A DNA stretch of 64,000 bases from Mytilus trossulus (lineage: Eukaryota): NCBI RefSeq assembly GCF_036588685.1, contig NC_086381.1, positions 1,612,001 to 1,676,000 of the forward strand, read 5' to 3'. This document shows, in pieces, positions 11,777 to 23,710 of the stretch. The translations under genes were made by a program, and so were the position numbers. The notes beneath the pieces were generated by a model that was not told where the DNA came from, made no database searches, and worked only from the letters and a program-made list of their open reading frames with translations. The number at the start of each line of letters is the position of its first letter. Within the stretch, counting starts at the first letter, position 1.

Positions 11777-14700
11777 ATGTCAAGATATTCCAGTCGTGAC
11801 TCAGATCGTGATAGGGGAAGAGGAGGAGGAGGAAGCGGTGGGGATCCTGACACAAAGTTATATGTTGGTGACCTTGCCAGAGACGCACATGAAAGAGACT
11901 TGGAAAGAGCCTTCAGTTATTATGGACGGCTACGTAATGTTTGGGTTGCAAGAAATCCAGCCGGATTTGCCTTTGTTGAGTTTGAAGATCCAAGGGATGC
12001 TGATGACGCTGTCAGGGCGTTAGATGGAACGTAAGCGTACAGACATTTATGTTTATACCATTAGAGATGATCAGAGTTGAGCATCTTGCTACAAAACTCA
12101 TACTGTTTTACCTTAGGGAGAAAATACAAGATACAATTATTCAGACACAACTAGACAAATAGAAACACAAACCTCATGTATGCTGTTTTGCCTTAGGACG
12201 AAAAAACAAGATTTTATTATTTTGTTATAGAACTGTTGCAGATTAATGTTCATGCTGGCATATAGACTTCATAATAATCAGGAATCACAAGACCTGGTAT
12301 TATCTTAAATGTTTAATATAATTATAGATAAAATAAGATATGAGTTGCATATTTCTTCAATCAAATAGCAACTTATTATATATAATTAACAAAAAAAACA
12401 GATGTCTGCATACATTGTACATTGTATGTCTTGAATTGTTTTCCAATTTCTTAACTTAGAATACCAAATTACAGCATGATTTATTCTGAATCTGCATGCA
12501 ACAGTTTTAACAAACATTAAGCTTTTTTTTAAGTTTATGTCTTTTTTAATCAGAAGTTTGTTTAAGAAGGGAAAGTATTCATTGTCAAACTTTATATAGA
12601 TTGTATGTCTTTTTCAGAAATCTATGTGGATCTAGAATCCGTGTTGAACATTCCACCGGCAAGGTTCGACCTAAACCCTGGTTGAGGGGTGGCGGGGGAG
12701 GTGGACGTGGAGGAAGAGATGATCGAGGTGGTGGGGGGAGAGACGACCGTGGTGGTGGAGGAAGAGGAGGAGGAGAAAGAAGTGGAGGTGGTGGTGGTGG
12801 CAGAGGAGGAGATGGTGGGGCGGGGGGACGTAAACCCTTTGACCCAGCAGACAGATGTTACGAGTGTGGAGATAAAGGCCATTACGCCTACGACTGTTCA
12901 CGCTACAGAGGAAAAGATAGAGCTAGAAAGAGCAGTAGTTATTCAAAAAGATCAAGGTATGTATCAAACCAAACCTTATAAATTAAATTTCAGAAGTTTC
13001 TGTAAATCTTTTTTGTCTGCTGTGACATTTTGAATCAGTATTGTTCAATGATACATTGTGGATGTAGTCCAAGAGTTCAAAGTAAATATTCTCCAATTTC
13101 GATACAAAATGCGGTAACCTTTCTGAACACCTGATATTCTCAATCCTGTAAAATGAGGTGACTTAAAAGTTTGCACATTTGGTCATAGTTTTAAAAAAAG
13201 AATAGTTAAATAGAAATATATATTTATAAATACAAATGACTTTTGTCATGTTCATAAAAATAATGTATAAATCAAAAGAAGTATGTAAGTCAGAATGCTG
13301 ATCCTGGTAACTTTGTTATGCTCTAAATATCAGTCAACATTGTTTCATTTTAGCTTTACATGGAATTGATTCAAACATTTTTTAATTTTCTTTGTAAAGG
13401 GAAAGATATGAAGTAAACATAATTTACACACACACTCACACTAAATTACCAATAAACTTTAGCTAATGCCAGTGGAATGCCCCTTTTTCAAGCTTACAGT
13501 TTTCTTATTTCAGTTTGTAAGCAATTTTTTTTAACAAATACAACAAAAAAAAACGTTACTCTTTAGTAATAGACTTCATTATAAACAAGATATTTTAAAT
13601 TGATTATTTTTATACTGCTATTCAATTTCAGGTTTTTGTCAAATGATTTTGAATAAGAATCATGTTTGTTTGATAAATGAAAAAAAAAAAAAGAAACATC
13701 TTTATTATGTCTTCAAAAGTTAACTTAAAACCTTTTAGAAATCACTTTTTAAAAATGATGTTTGTATACATAACTTTATTCCAAGTTTTTTTTGTTTAAA
13801 AAGAGTTTAACTTTTCTATTATTATTGCATGCATGCTGGCTATGGTGTGTGCTTGTCTTCTCTGTCGACATGATAAAATAATAGTTTTTCCTATCCATGC
13901 ATTGCAGAACACCGTCATTTGATAGCAGTGATCCTCCTCATCAAAAGTTAGATCACATGATAAGGCAACATGCTTAGTGTTCACTCGACACACCTTTAAA
14001 TCAATCTACCGAGAGAGAGATCGTCATTCTTCAGATCTCGTCACTCCTACTGGAGAATCAGTCAGCCTATGAGAATCTGCTTCAGCCCTCATGTACATAC
14101 TGGGACTGTCAGAACGACTATCGAACCCTCTTCGGCAATTCTCTTCTCAACACACTGAGAATGTCATCCCAGCAGATCCTCGCCCTATGAGAATGATTTC
14201 TTCACAACCCAAACACATTGAGAATGATTTCTACTCATCTTTTCTTCTTCAACAGATTTTTAACAGCACTACATATTTTTGATATCATCTTAACAATTGC
14301 ATATGACAGCTGTGTGCGTAAGTGGGGAATTTCTGAATATGAAAGAGTGCAGATTTAAAACTTGAAATTTGCTGGATTTTAAAAGTTTAATCATATATAT
14401 TAAGTATACAATGTATCTTCTATAAATTCAGGGTTTTTGAAAGGTGAAATTAAAAAAGAGCACTCTTTTGGAGGGTGTGGATAACCAGGGACCATCTCAA
14501 GATGTAATTTTTTTCCCATTTACACCATTTTTGGAACAGATGGCACAACATACACATATAATTAATAATTTTCCATAAAATTAAATACAACAAATAGAAT
14601 TAGTCTATGAATCAAGAGTAAATTCAAAAGTTTAAAATTGTATCTTGAGATGGTGCTTTAACTTGCTGATGGACAGAAATTTTATCAAAATTCAAAATGC

Positions 14701-15944
14701 CATGCCTGCACTTGTGGTTTTGTTATTTTACAGGGAAAAAAAGGATGTTTTTTAAGATGATAATTTCATTGAAAATCTAAAAATTAAAAGGCAATTTATA
14801 TGAACTAAGCCACAAACAAATGTAAACATGGTAGTTGAAGGTAAACATTAACAGAAAATTATATTATTTCTAACCTAAGTGAAAACAGTACACAGGTGGT
14901 ATTCCTTTGTGATGGGTACTAATTTGGCTTACTGATCATTTGTTTGAATGTCTCTTTCATAGGTCAAGGTCATACTCAAGATCCAGATCCAGGAGTAATA
15001 GCAGGGGCAAGGCAAGATCTTACTCAAGGTCTCGTAGCAGGTATACATCTTAACCAGTTTGGTATAGATATAAATAACTTCAATATCAATATTGATTTAG
15101 ATATGAAAAATTATATACTTTAATGACTAATAACTCCAAGAGGACTTGGAAAGTACCTAATTGATGTTATATTTAAAGTTAATGAGGGGCGTTAAGGGGG
15201 GTATCTGCACAGAAGAACGAGAAATTTAATTTCCATTTCACGATAAATGAACAATAAATATTTCTTGCACGTTGATCCTTTTACCAATTTCACGAAACAA
15301 GGTGAATGACAAACTGTTTTCAGTGGTTGCACATGAATTAAAAAAGACAAAACATGTTTGCTCGAAAATAACCCTTTACCACCCTCTTTGGTGTTAAATC
15401 GTCACACTGGTTTGGAGCAGTATTATCCTTTTCTGACTGAAAACATGGACTATATTTGGTCTGCTGCTTGACATGTTGCAATGTGTAAGCACTTGTTGTA
15501 TTTACCAGTATGACAATAAGGAGTTATGGTATGCTCTGGTATGATTGCCAATGGCACAACTATCAACAGAAGCTCAAATAAAGTGGATATTAGCAACTAT
15601 AGGCAACTGTAAGGCATTCAACAATGAGAAAAACCCATACCTTATTGTAGGCTATAAGAGGCCTTAACATGAAAAATAAAGAATTATTGGGGAAACTTGT
15701 AAAAAAAATAAATTATAACAACAATGTAGCTGTTGACGATGTATTTTAATTTTAGTGATATATATGTCATTAGTTCATATTTTATGTGTGAAAGCTTCGT
15801 TTTCATATTTTACACTTTATCATGACAATGTAACCATTCTTCATTGTTTGCCACTTGTTGGTTGAAAGATTTTGATTTGATCTGTTTCCTTTTACTTACA
15901 GGTCACCAGTTGCCAGATCTAAGACTAGAAGTCCAAGTCCATGA
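11777..15944 (+). CDS. SRSF7: Serine/arginine-rich splicing factor 7-like (RRM, Gly/Arg linker, CCHC zinc knuckle, RS domain), 237 aa
   Basis: Exons 11777-12030, 12618-12956, 14963-15040, 15902-15944, all GT-AG and phase-consistent (714 nt). Motifs [48 protein letters not shown] repeats ending RSPSP*. Confidence 0.93.
13908..14317 (+). other. Candidate poison (PTC-containing) cassette exon of the SRSF7-like gene
   Basis: Acceptor ttttcctatccatgcattgcag|, donor |GTAAGT at 14318, in-frame TAG at 13975-13977, C-rich composition unlike the flanking intron, located after the zinc-knuckle exon. Confidence 0.7.
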
Positions 15945-16977
15945 ACAGATCAAAGAAAAGACTAGATGAAATCATTTATTACTATATTGTTTTACTCATT
16001 GCTTAAAATCTAAAATCCATCGTTACACAAGTGCTATTTCACAAACCTTGTGTGTTGTATGTATATATATATTGTTCTTTTTCATGACATTGGATTTTAT
16101 TTAGTGGAAAATTTTCCCTAAATGCGAACAAAGTTTTAACATCTTAGAATTATCTTACATCTCTTAATCATTCATTCATAAACATTAGGGAGTTTGAAAA
16201 ACATGACGTCATCCATTTGTTTAAAACATTTAATTTTTACACATCATCGAATGAGTCGTGTTTAATTATCCATGTCATTGACTTTAATTAATAGTAGTGA
16301 AAATAAGGGGATAACAATATTGTATTTTATTTTTTCGACCGCATCAATTGGTGATTTAATGGGCACATCTTAAGTTTACTGGTGGCATGTTTACGTAGCC
16401 AGTAAACAAGTATTTGTGACCATCAATTCACTAATTGATGCTTTAGGGGCTTAAAATACTAAACTAAACAAAACTAATATTTGTCCAAATAATATAGAAC
16501 TGTTCATGGTCTGTGTATAAAAGGCAGCATTTTATTAACAATTCATTGTATTTTGTTCGTAGGTGTTTAAAAGATTTCTTGTATAATGTTGGAAGTTAAG
16601 ATCCTACAAATGGAAAATTAAGGAACCTTAATTACATGCGTAATAGGACAAGTAAATTGTACACTTAATCCACCATAATGGTAGTAAGCCATTGGGCTAG
16701 ACAAGTCATGTCGCAACATAAAGCATGAATCTCTATATAAAAGGTCAAATCTTTGTAACATACCAACACATACAAATACATTCAACTAATGTCAGGATTT
16801 AGTGGAAGACATCAAGATGTCTGGATTTATAGTTCTGGATGAATTTACATCTTAAAAATATGGTGTGTTGGAAATGGCTTTATTTTATCACAATATAAAT
16901 AACGAACAATGATTTTACTTGCACCATGGTTTTATGTTTATTGTAGGCATTTGTATTGAATGCGTTCCAATTGTGTA

Positions 16978-16989
16978 AATAAAAATAAA
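16978..16989 (+). terminator. Likely polyadenylation signal(s) of the SRSF7-like gene
   Basis: Tandem AATAAA about 1 kb after the stop, followed by GT-rich sequence and then repeat DNA. Confidence 0.5.
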
Positions 16990-17049
16990 AAAACTATAAT
17001 AGTTGTGAATTTATGTAGCTTATAAAAGTTATTCCCTTTCTACCTTGGG

Positions 17050-17236
17050 CATAGATTACCTTAGCTGTATTTGACAAAACTTTTAGGAATTTTGGTCCTC
17101 AATGCTCTTCAACTTCGTACTTTATTTGGCCTTTTCAACTTTTTTGGATTCAAGCGTCACTGATTAGTCTTTTGTAGACGAAATGCACATCTGGCAATTG
17201 TACAAAATTTAGTCATGGTATCTATGATGAGTTTAT
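17050..17236 (+). mobile_element. PLE-type terminal repeat fragment with degenerate minimal hammerhead ribozyme
   Basis: CTGATTA-GTCT-tttgt-AGAC-GAAA at 17160-17183; related copy at ~29227-29398. Confidence 0.6.
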
Positions 17237-19531
17237 TAATCATCTTATTATGTGCATCACTGTCTTGTCTTCTATCTTCCATCAGTTGTTAACTATTTCA
17301 AAGATCTCTTTAGAAGCAACTATCACAGTTTTGTATGTCTTGGGAACAGGTTGTAAATGATTTTGGTCTATCAGCACCATGGCTATATATAGATCATATG
17401 GTAAAAAGTGTAATCCTAAAAAATACTGATCTCAGAGGAAAATGGAAAGTCCCTATGGTAAAAAATGGCAAAATCAGATAACAAAACACATGAATTGACA
17501 ACAACTGTCATATTCCTGATGGATACAAATTATTAAAAACTTGATCTGAACAGATTATCCACAAGAAAATATTTATGATGGCATGATCTATTTATCCTAC
17601 ATTTATATCAAATTTATCAGTAACTTCTTGAATGAGTTAAAGGCCTTGATTGAAGTAAATCCATAAAAAGTTCTGAACTTGAAGGAAAATTCAAAATGGA
17701 AAGTCCATAACCAAGAGCTGAAAACACATCAAACAAACAGTAAATAATAAGTAATATTCCTGACTTTGTACAGGCAAAAATCATGTCAAAAATGGTGGAT
17801 TAAACCTGGTTTTATAGCTAGCTTAACCTCTCACTTGTATGATAGTTGCATCAATTTGGCACGATGTGTGCACAAAATGAACAGACATAGTGGATAAATA
17901 TGTCAAAAAAAGGGATGTTGCAGTTGTGTTATTCCTAAGAAGATCAAAACCCATCTAGGTAGCCAATGTTGTTAAAACAAAAAAAAGCCTTGATGTCATC
18001 CTGTTGAACGAAACTGAAAAGTACAAAAATTAACAATTTGATTAAAATCTTTAAATTTGACTTCAGTTGTGTTTGAGGGTCGTATTGTGGTGTAAAAATG
18101 ACCTTAACAGTCTAGAGGTTAAAAATCTTGGGAAGAAATGTTTGCAGACTCTGAATGCTGTAATCGATGCTCATCTATTAAACTTTGCATTTAAATTTGA
18201 AGGCAGATGTCATAGGAGTTGGTACATTTTCTCGTGGGTTTGAACACAACCACAGAGGAAATATATATACACATAAAGTCATACCTAACATTTAAGATAA
18301 AGGTTGCCAGCCGAAAATGACTTTTTCAAATTCAAATATTTTATTGGACAAAGAACATATGATGTAATGCGTATTCCAAGATACATACACATTAAACATG
18401 ACAATTTATGCAAATACAACATAAAGAAAACATTTCAAGTACTAATTATATATATAATATCACAGTATTACACAGTATTATACTTATGGTAGACTAACTG
18501 ACATTATATTTTTATTACGAAGTTCAAAAGCTTAACTTAAATAATTACATATTTGTCTGGTGTCAACCAGATTTACTGGGTTAAGTAAATAAATCGTTGA
18601 TTTAATATCATCATCATTATTAAGATTTTTGAAAATAACAAACTTCTATCGAAGGTCTTTAAATAGAGGACAATATAAAAGAAAATGAACATCTTCCACT
18701 TTATCTTGACAAAGTTTGCAGTAATTAAACACTCTATACACAGTATATTGGACTGAAGTGTCTTGCTGGGGAAACATTGTCAAGTAAGGTCTGCCTAAAT
18801 GTCCGTTTTTACGGATTTATAACAAAAGGGTGACCTAGTTACCAATCTAATTACAAACCGATCTCTCGTCGCTCCCGTTTCTGAAATGTCGCGTGGGAGC
18901 ATATAGTTGAAACTCCCCTTTACTCTGGGTTGGACCCCCTTTTAGAAATGGCTGGATCCGCCCCTGTTGTGTTCCTGTACCACGTCCTATGCATACATTT
19001 ATGACACTAGTTTATACCTATACAGTTATGAAGTGGCCATCAAGGATGCCCACCCCACCCGATTTTGGCTACTTCTCACGTTTTTCATGTTTTGAACTCT
19101 CAAAAACAGCTCTCAAAGAGCCATATTTTCATGAACAGACATCTGAGGAGAGTTTATGGACCATGAACTTCTTGGTTGAAGTCCCTGCTATCAAGACAGT
19201 TCAAAAAAGATATGGAGATTCATACGGGCCGTCAAAGAATGGTTGTCGCCATCGCGCCTACAGGCGGAATTGGGGGTTAAAGGTCGGGTTAAAGTTCTAC
19301 ATGAAGTGATAAATGTGTCCAAGAGACAACAACCCGAACAAAGAGCAGAAAATATCCGAAGACCAAAAACGGGTCTCTTCTTTTTGGACGTTCTTGAAAA
19401 TTTTAGTCTGGTTCTATAGCAGGAATCGGCTCCGCAAACACATTGTACAGAAATACTACATTGAGCGTCTAGTTTGTTGAACTTGTAGTTCCAGTGTAAT
19501 GAGCATAAATTATTAGAGACGCAAGCAATTT

Positions 19532-19708
19532 TAGATTTGTAGTCTACCGTTTGTCTTGTATTCTTTGAAGCTTGTCTTAATGTTTGTAGATTTGTAGTCT
19601 ACCGTTTGTCTTGTATTCTTTAAAGCTTGTCTTAATGTTTGTAGATTTGTAGTCTACCGTTTGTCTTGTATTCTTTAAAGCTTGTCTTAATGTTTGTAGA
19701 TTTGTAGT
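19532..19708. repeat. 55-bp tandem repeat, ~3.2 copies
   Basis: TAGATTTGTAGT recurs at 19532, 19587, 19642, 19697. Confidence 0.9.
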
Positions 19709-20223
19709 GGTCCCATACTATTGCTCCATTGTTGACATGACAAGCAAGTTCTTGCATACTTGTGGGCAATAAAACGACGATGCGAGTGGATTTAACTCGA
19801 CCAATACCTTGACTTCACACGAGGGTGAACGTTTGGTAATCAAATCCTTCTCACCAAGCCTTGTATTGAGTTTGCCTCTTTCACTACGTTGGAATTATGG
19901 GTAGTCGATCCATTTTTGGTCCTATGAAATTCGTAGGCCCAAATATGGGTTATCTTGGACTTGTTTTAATGAGTCTGTTAAAACTAGAATTTTTCGTTCT
20001 TGTAATTTTATGCTAAGAACAGAGCATTACTATGTGTTTAATCCCATTTCCTAGTTATTTGTCAGTACTTATAGGTTCTTCAGTTTAAAGATCTTGCATG
20101 GGTGATGTAATGGTCTATATGTGTCGTTATGGATTTTTAGACTTTGCAGTCATTGAAAATAGTCGTACTGAAGATCTGACTGTGTGGGAAGTCAAATATA
20201 TGACAACTAAGAGTACTGGTATG

Positions 20224-21195
20224 TATACGACCACCAAAAAAAATGTGATCGTATAATGGTATGATGTTGTCGTCGTCCGAAGACACATTTGGTTTCCGGA
20301 TAATAACTTTAGTTAAAGGAATTGATCTCTATGAATTTTGTTTGAGAAGGTTCAATATAACATAAGGAATGTTGGGAATGATTTGGGGATGATGGTCCCA
20401 ACCGTTTAGGAAAAAGGGGTCCAAATCAAGCATTTTCTTGTTTCTGAATAATAATTTGTATATTAGTATTTCATTTGCTTTGAAATTGCACACTTTACTT
20501 CCACAAAAGGAAGGGTGCAATCTATTTTGGGGGTTATGGTGCCAACAATTTAGAAATTGGGGTCCACAAACAGGCACTTTTGTAGTTTCCGGATAATAAC
20601 TTATGTTAAAGTGTATAGATCCCTCTGACATTATACCACAAGGTTTCATATCACAAAGGGAAAGCCGGGTTGAGTTTGGCGGTAATTGCCCCAGACATGC
20701 AAGAATAAGAGACAAAAAAAGGCCAAAAACAATAATTTTCCTAGTTTCCAGACAATAACTTGTGGGTAAGTGTATGGATATCTCTGAAATTGTGTAAAGG
20801 AAAGGCTGTAATTCAGTGGTTGTCGTTTGTTTATGTGTTACATATTTGTTTTTCGTTCATTTTTTTAAATATAAATAAGGCCGTTAGTTTTCTCGTTTGA
20901 AATAGTTTTACGTTGTCATATCGGGGCCTTTTATAGCTGACTATACGGTATGGACTTTGCTCATTGTTGAAGGCCGTACGGTGACCTAAAGTTGTTTATA
21001 TTTGTGTCACTATTGTGAACAGTTGTCTCATTGGCAATCATACCACATTTTCTTTTTTTTTTTATATCATTTCAAAAATTTGATCACAATCTAAATTCAG
21101 AGAGTATCAAGCTTGAAAATTGTGTCCAACCTTGCCCCAACTGTTCAGGGTTCATCCTCTGCTGTCGTATTAGGCTGCACTCAGCGAAGCATTTA
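20224..21195. mobile_element. Diverged HINE (family of 7374-9335, opposite orientation) containing a PLE tail at ~20806-21062
   Basis: 21110-21190 is the reverse complement of the 7380-7470 terminus; terminal palindrome and (GTC)n at 20224-20280. Confidence 0.6.
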
Positions 21196-21510
21196 ATAAG
21201 AACTTGTATATCAACCATATTGAATATTCATCTTAAGGTACTGGAGCTTTGCAGGAAGGGGTCACATAAATATTTCCCTGGTATCGTCACGGAAGCCGGA
21301 TTGGTTCATTCCAAATACTAGTGGATAATTAAAAAACAACTGACATCACCCTTCCCTTTTCTTGTATCGATTCTGATTCTTTGGTAATTTTGGATCATTT
21401 TCACTTGCTTTAAAAGTATTTTTTTATATTTTCTTATTTTTACTTTTTTTTTATTAGCGTCTATATATACCAGACGCTTTGGACTTATGTGTTTGTATAT
21501 GCCTAAAACT

Positions 21511-21636
21511 CAGGGGCGGATCCAGCCATTTTAAAGGGGGGTTCCAACTATATGTCCCCATTCAAATGCATTGAGCGGCCAAAAAAAAGGGGGTTCAACC
21601 CCCGGAACCTAACCCCCCCTCCTGGATCCGCCAATG
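21511..21636. mobile_element. MITE with CAGGGGCGGATCCAG-type TIRs
   Basis: CAGGGGCGGATCCAG ... CTGGATCCGCCAATG flanked by AAACT direct repeats; partial copies at ~18930-18965 and ~25660-25783. Confidence 0.7.
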
Positions 21637-22694
21637 AAACTCATATATGTTTGGATTTAAACACGATTATTCAATGCATTCATTGTAAAAACTCAGAATC
21701 ACGCGATCGAAACGTTTATTGGAATATTTGCTGAGTCTGCATATAAAATTGCTTAACTTTTCTATTTTTAATCAGCATTCATCCTATATATTTCCCTCTT
21801 TCTCTATCATCTATAGGTACCAAAACTTGAGGGAAACAAAATAGTGCATTTTTTTCTGCATTTTTTCCTGAACTCAGTTTTTTCTGTTTGATTATAGGTT
21901 TATGCTGAATTGAAACATATATATAGACTTTAAAAAAAATCTGGCATCTTTTGGGGATATCAATCCAGGAAAGTGGAAGGATATCATGTTTACTGGAAGT
22001 GGTGCGGCCTAGTAAAAATAGCAAACAGAAAGTAGAAAAAAAATGTTTTGACTTCAGGATTGCGTAACTTTTTATTCTTCGTGGCAACACCCTCTTTTTT
22101 TTCGATTAAATCACAATTTCACATTAGTACATACATGATATGAACATGAATTTTTTTTTCTATGTAGCATTTTTTATTTTTTTATTTTCAAAGATCAGCT
22201 GTTTAGCATGTAAGCCTATGGAGCAGTCAATTACAAGACTGCAACCTATAATAATCTCGATCAAACCCGACTAAGTTGAATCTTATACATAATTGGTCTA
22301 ATTGGACGTTTATTAATTTAACATGTAAAGAGACAATTATAATGACAACTATGACCAATGTCAGAATGCACATTACTTGTCAAACACACATAATTTGACA
22401 CCATGTAAAATTCGTATCAATTATCAGGTTTTAATCGAGGTTAACAGCGAAAACATATCGAGTATTCTCGTGTAAGGACATTTTTTTATTGAGGCCCGGA
22501 ATGGTGGTATATATCGTAGGCTTTTTTCTGAGTGATCAATCTAAAAATAATATCAAATTTGTTAATCCTTAATATGAATGCAGTTATGAAAATATATTCT
22601 TGATGTCAGTTGGTAGAAATTTTAAGCAGCAGTGTGTTAATTTTTTGTGTATTTCGTGAGTTTGTTTGGTTAACTGGGTATTGTCGGTAAATAA

Positions 22695-23210
22695 AAGTAC
22701 CCGGCCACGTCCACTTTTTTTTGTCAATCTGATGAGTTACAAACCTTTTCAACTGATTTTTATAGTTCGTTCTTATGTTGTACTGTTATACCATTGTCCG
22801 AGGTAAGGGTAGGGTTGGGATCCCGCTAAAATGTTTAACCCCACCACATTATTTATGTATGTGCCTGTCCCTAGTCAGGAGCCTGTAATTTAGTTGTTGT
22901 CGTTTGTTTATGTGGTACATAAAATTGAGAATGGAAATGGGGAATAAGTCAAAGCGACAACAACCCGACCATAGAAAAAACAACAGCATATTTGTTTTTT
23001 GTTCATTTTTTTATTTAAATAAGGCCGTTAGTTTTCTCGTTTGAATTGTTTTACATTGTCTTATCTGGGCCTTTTATAGCTGACTATGCGGTATGGGCTT
23101 TGCTCATTGTTGAAGTCCGTACGGTGATCTATAGTTGTTAATGTCTGTGTCATTTTAGTCTCTTGTGGAAAGTTGTCTCATTGGCAATCATGCCACATCT
23201 TCTTTTTATA
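22695..23210 (+). mobile_element. 5'-truncated PLE 3' tail (family A)
   Basis: Reverse complement of 43678-44130; carries an inverted piece of another tail family at ~22920-22988. Confidence 0.75.
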
Positions 23211-23710
23211 TTTGTCCTTATCCATTATTTATGTCTTGAAAAAATGATGATACCAGAATCATGTGATATTGAACAAAAACACTGCTGCTAAAGAGCATTT
23301 CTACATTTTTTTTCATATTTCTTGGTCCTCGGCCGAAAATTCGACTTTGATTCAAATATATCGTAAAAATGATAATCACCTCAAATCTCAATACTCGGTT
23401 TACACTCGTATTGATTTTTTTATGCTATCAAAACTACAAATAGTAATTTTTCTACCAAAAAATATGAACCTTATACATAGAGTATTTGTTTTGTGCATGT
23501 ATCCCATTTGGACCCCCAAAAGCTGATATTAAACACCAGGTATTAATTGATTGACCATTTTGGTGACAAGAAGAAATGGACAACTCTTGTTTGTATATTC
23601 ATTAAACAAACCATAAACACTAATTATAGGGTTAATGCACATTTTTTCTCTCTGAAATAACATGCAAAAAACTTGCTGATAATTTTCTCACGAACACACC
23701 GGATCTAAGC

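Noticed and set aside
12622-13033. Antisense and alternative-frame ORFs over SRSF7 exon 2 (and similar ones over Pif, SDR and GPCR exons)
   Set aside because: Shadows of low-complexity or coding sequence in the true frame
14491-14654. 21-bp inverted repeat downstream of the poison exon as a splicing-regulatory stem
   Set aside because: The arms enclose only intron sequence and look like the TIRs of a small MITE
19380-19900. Cys-containing minus-strand frames (CVCGADSC) suggesting a gene fragment
   Set aside because: No sustained ORF, splice pattern or recognisable domain
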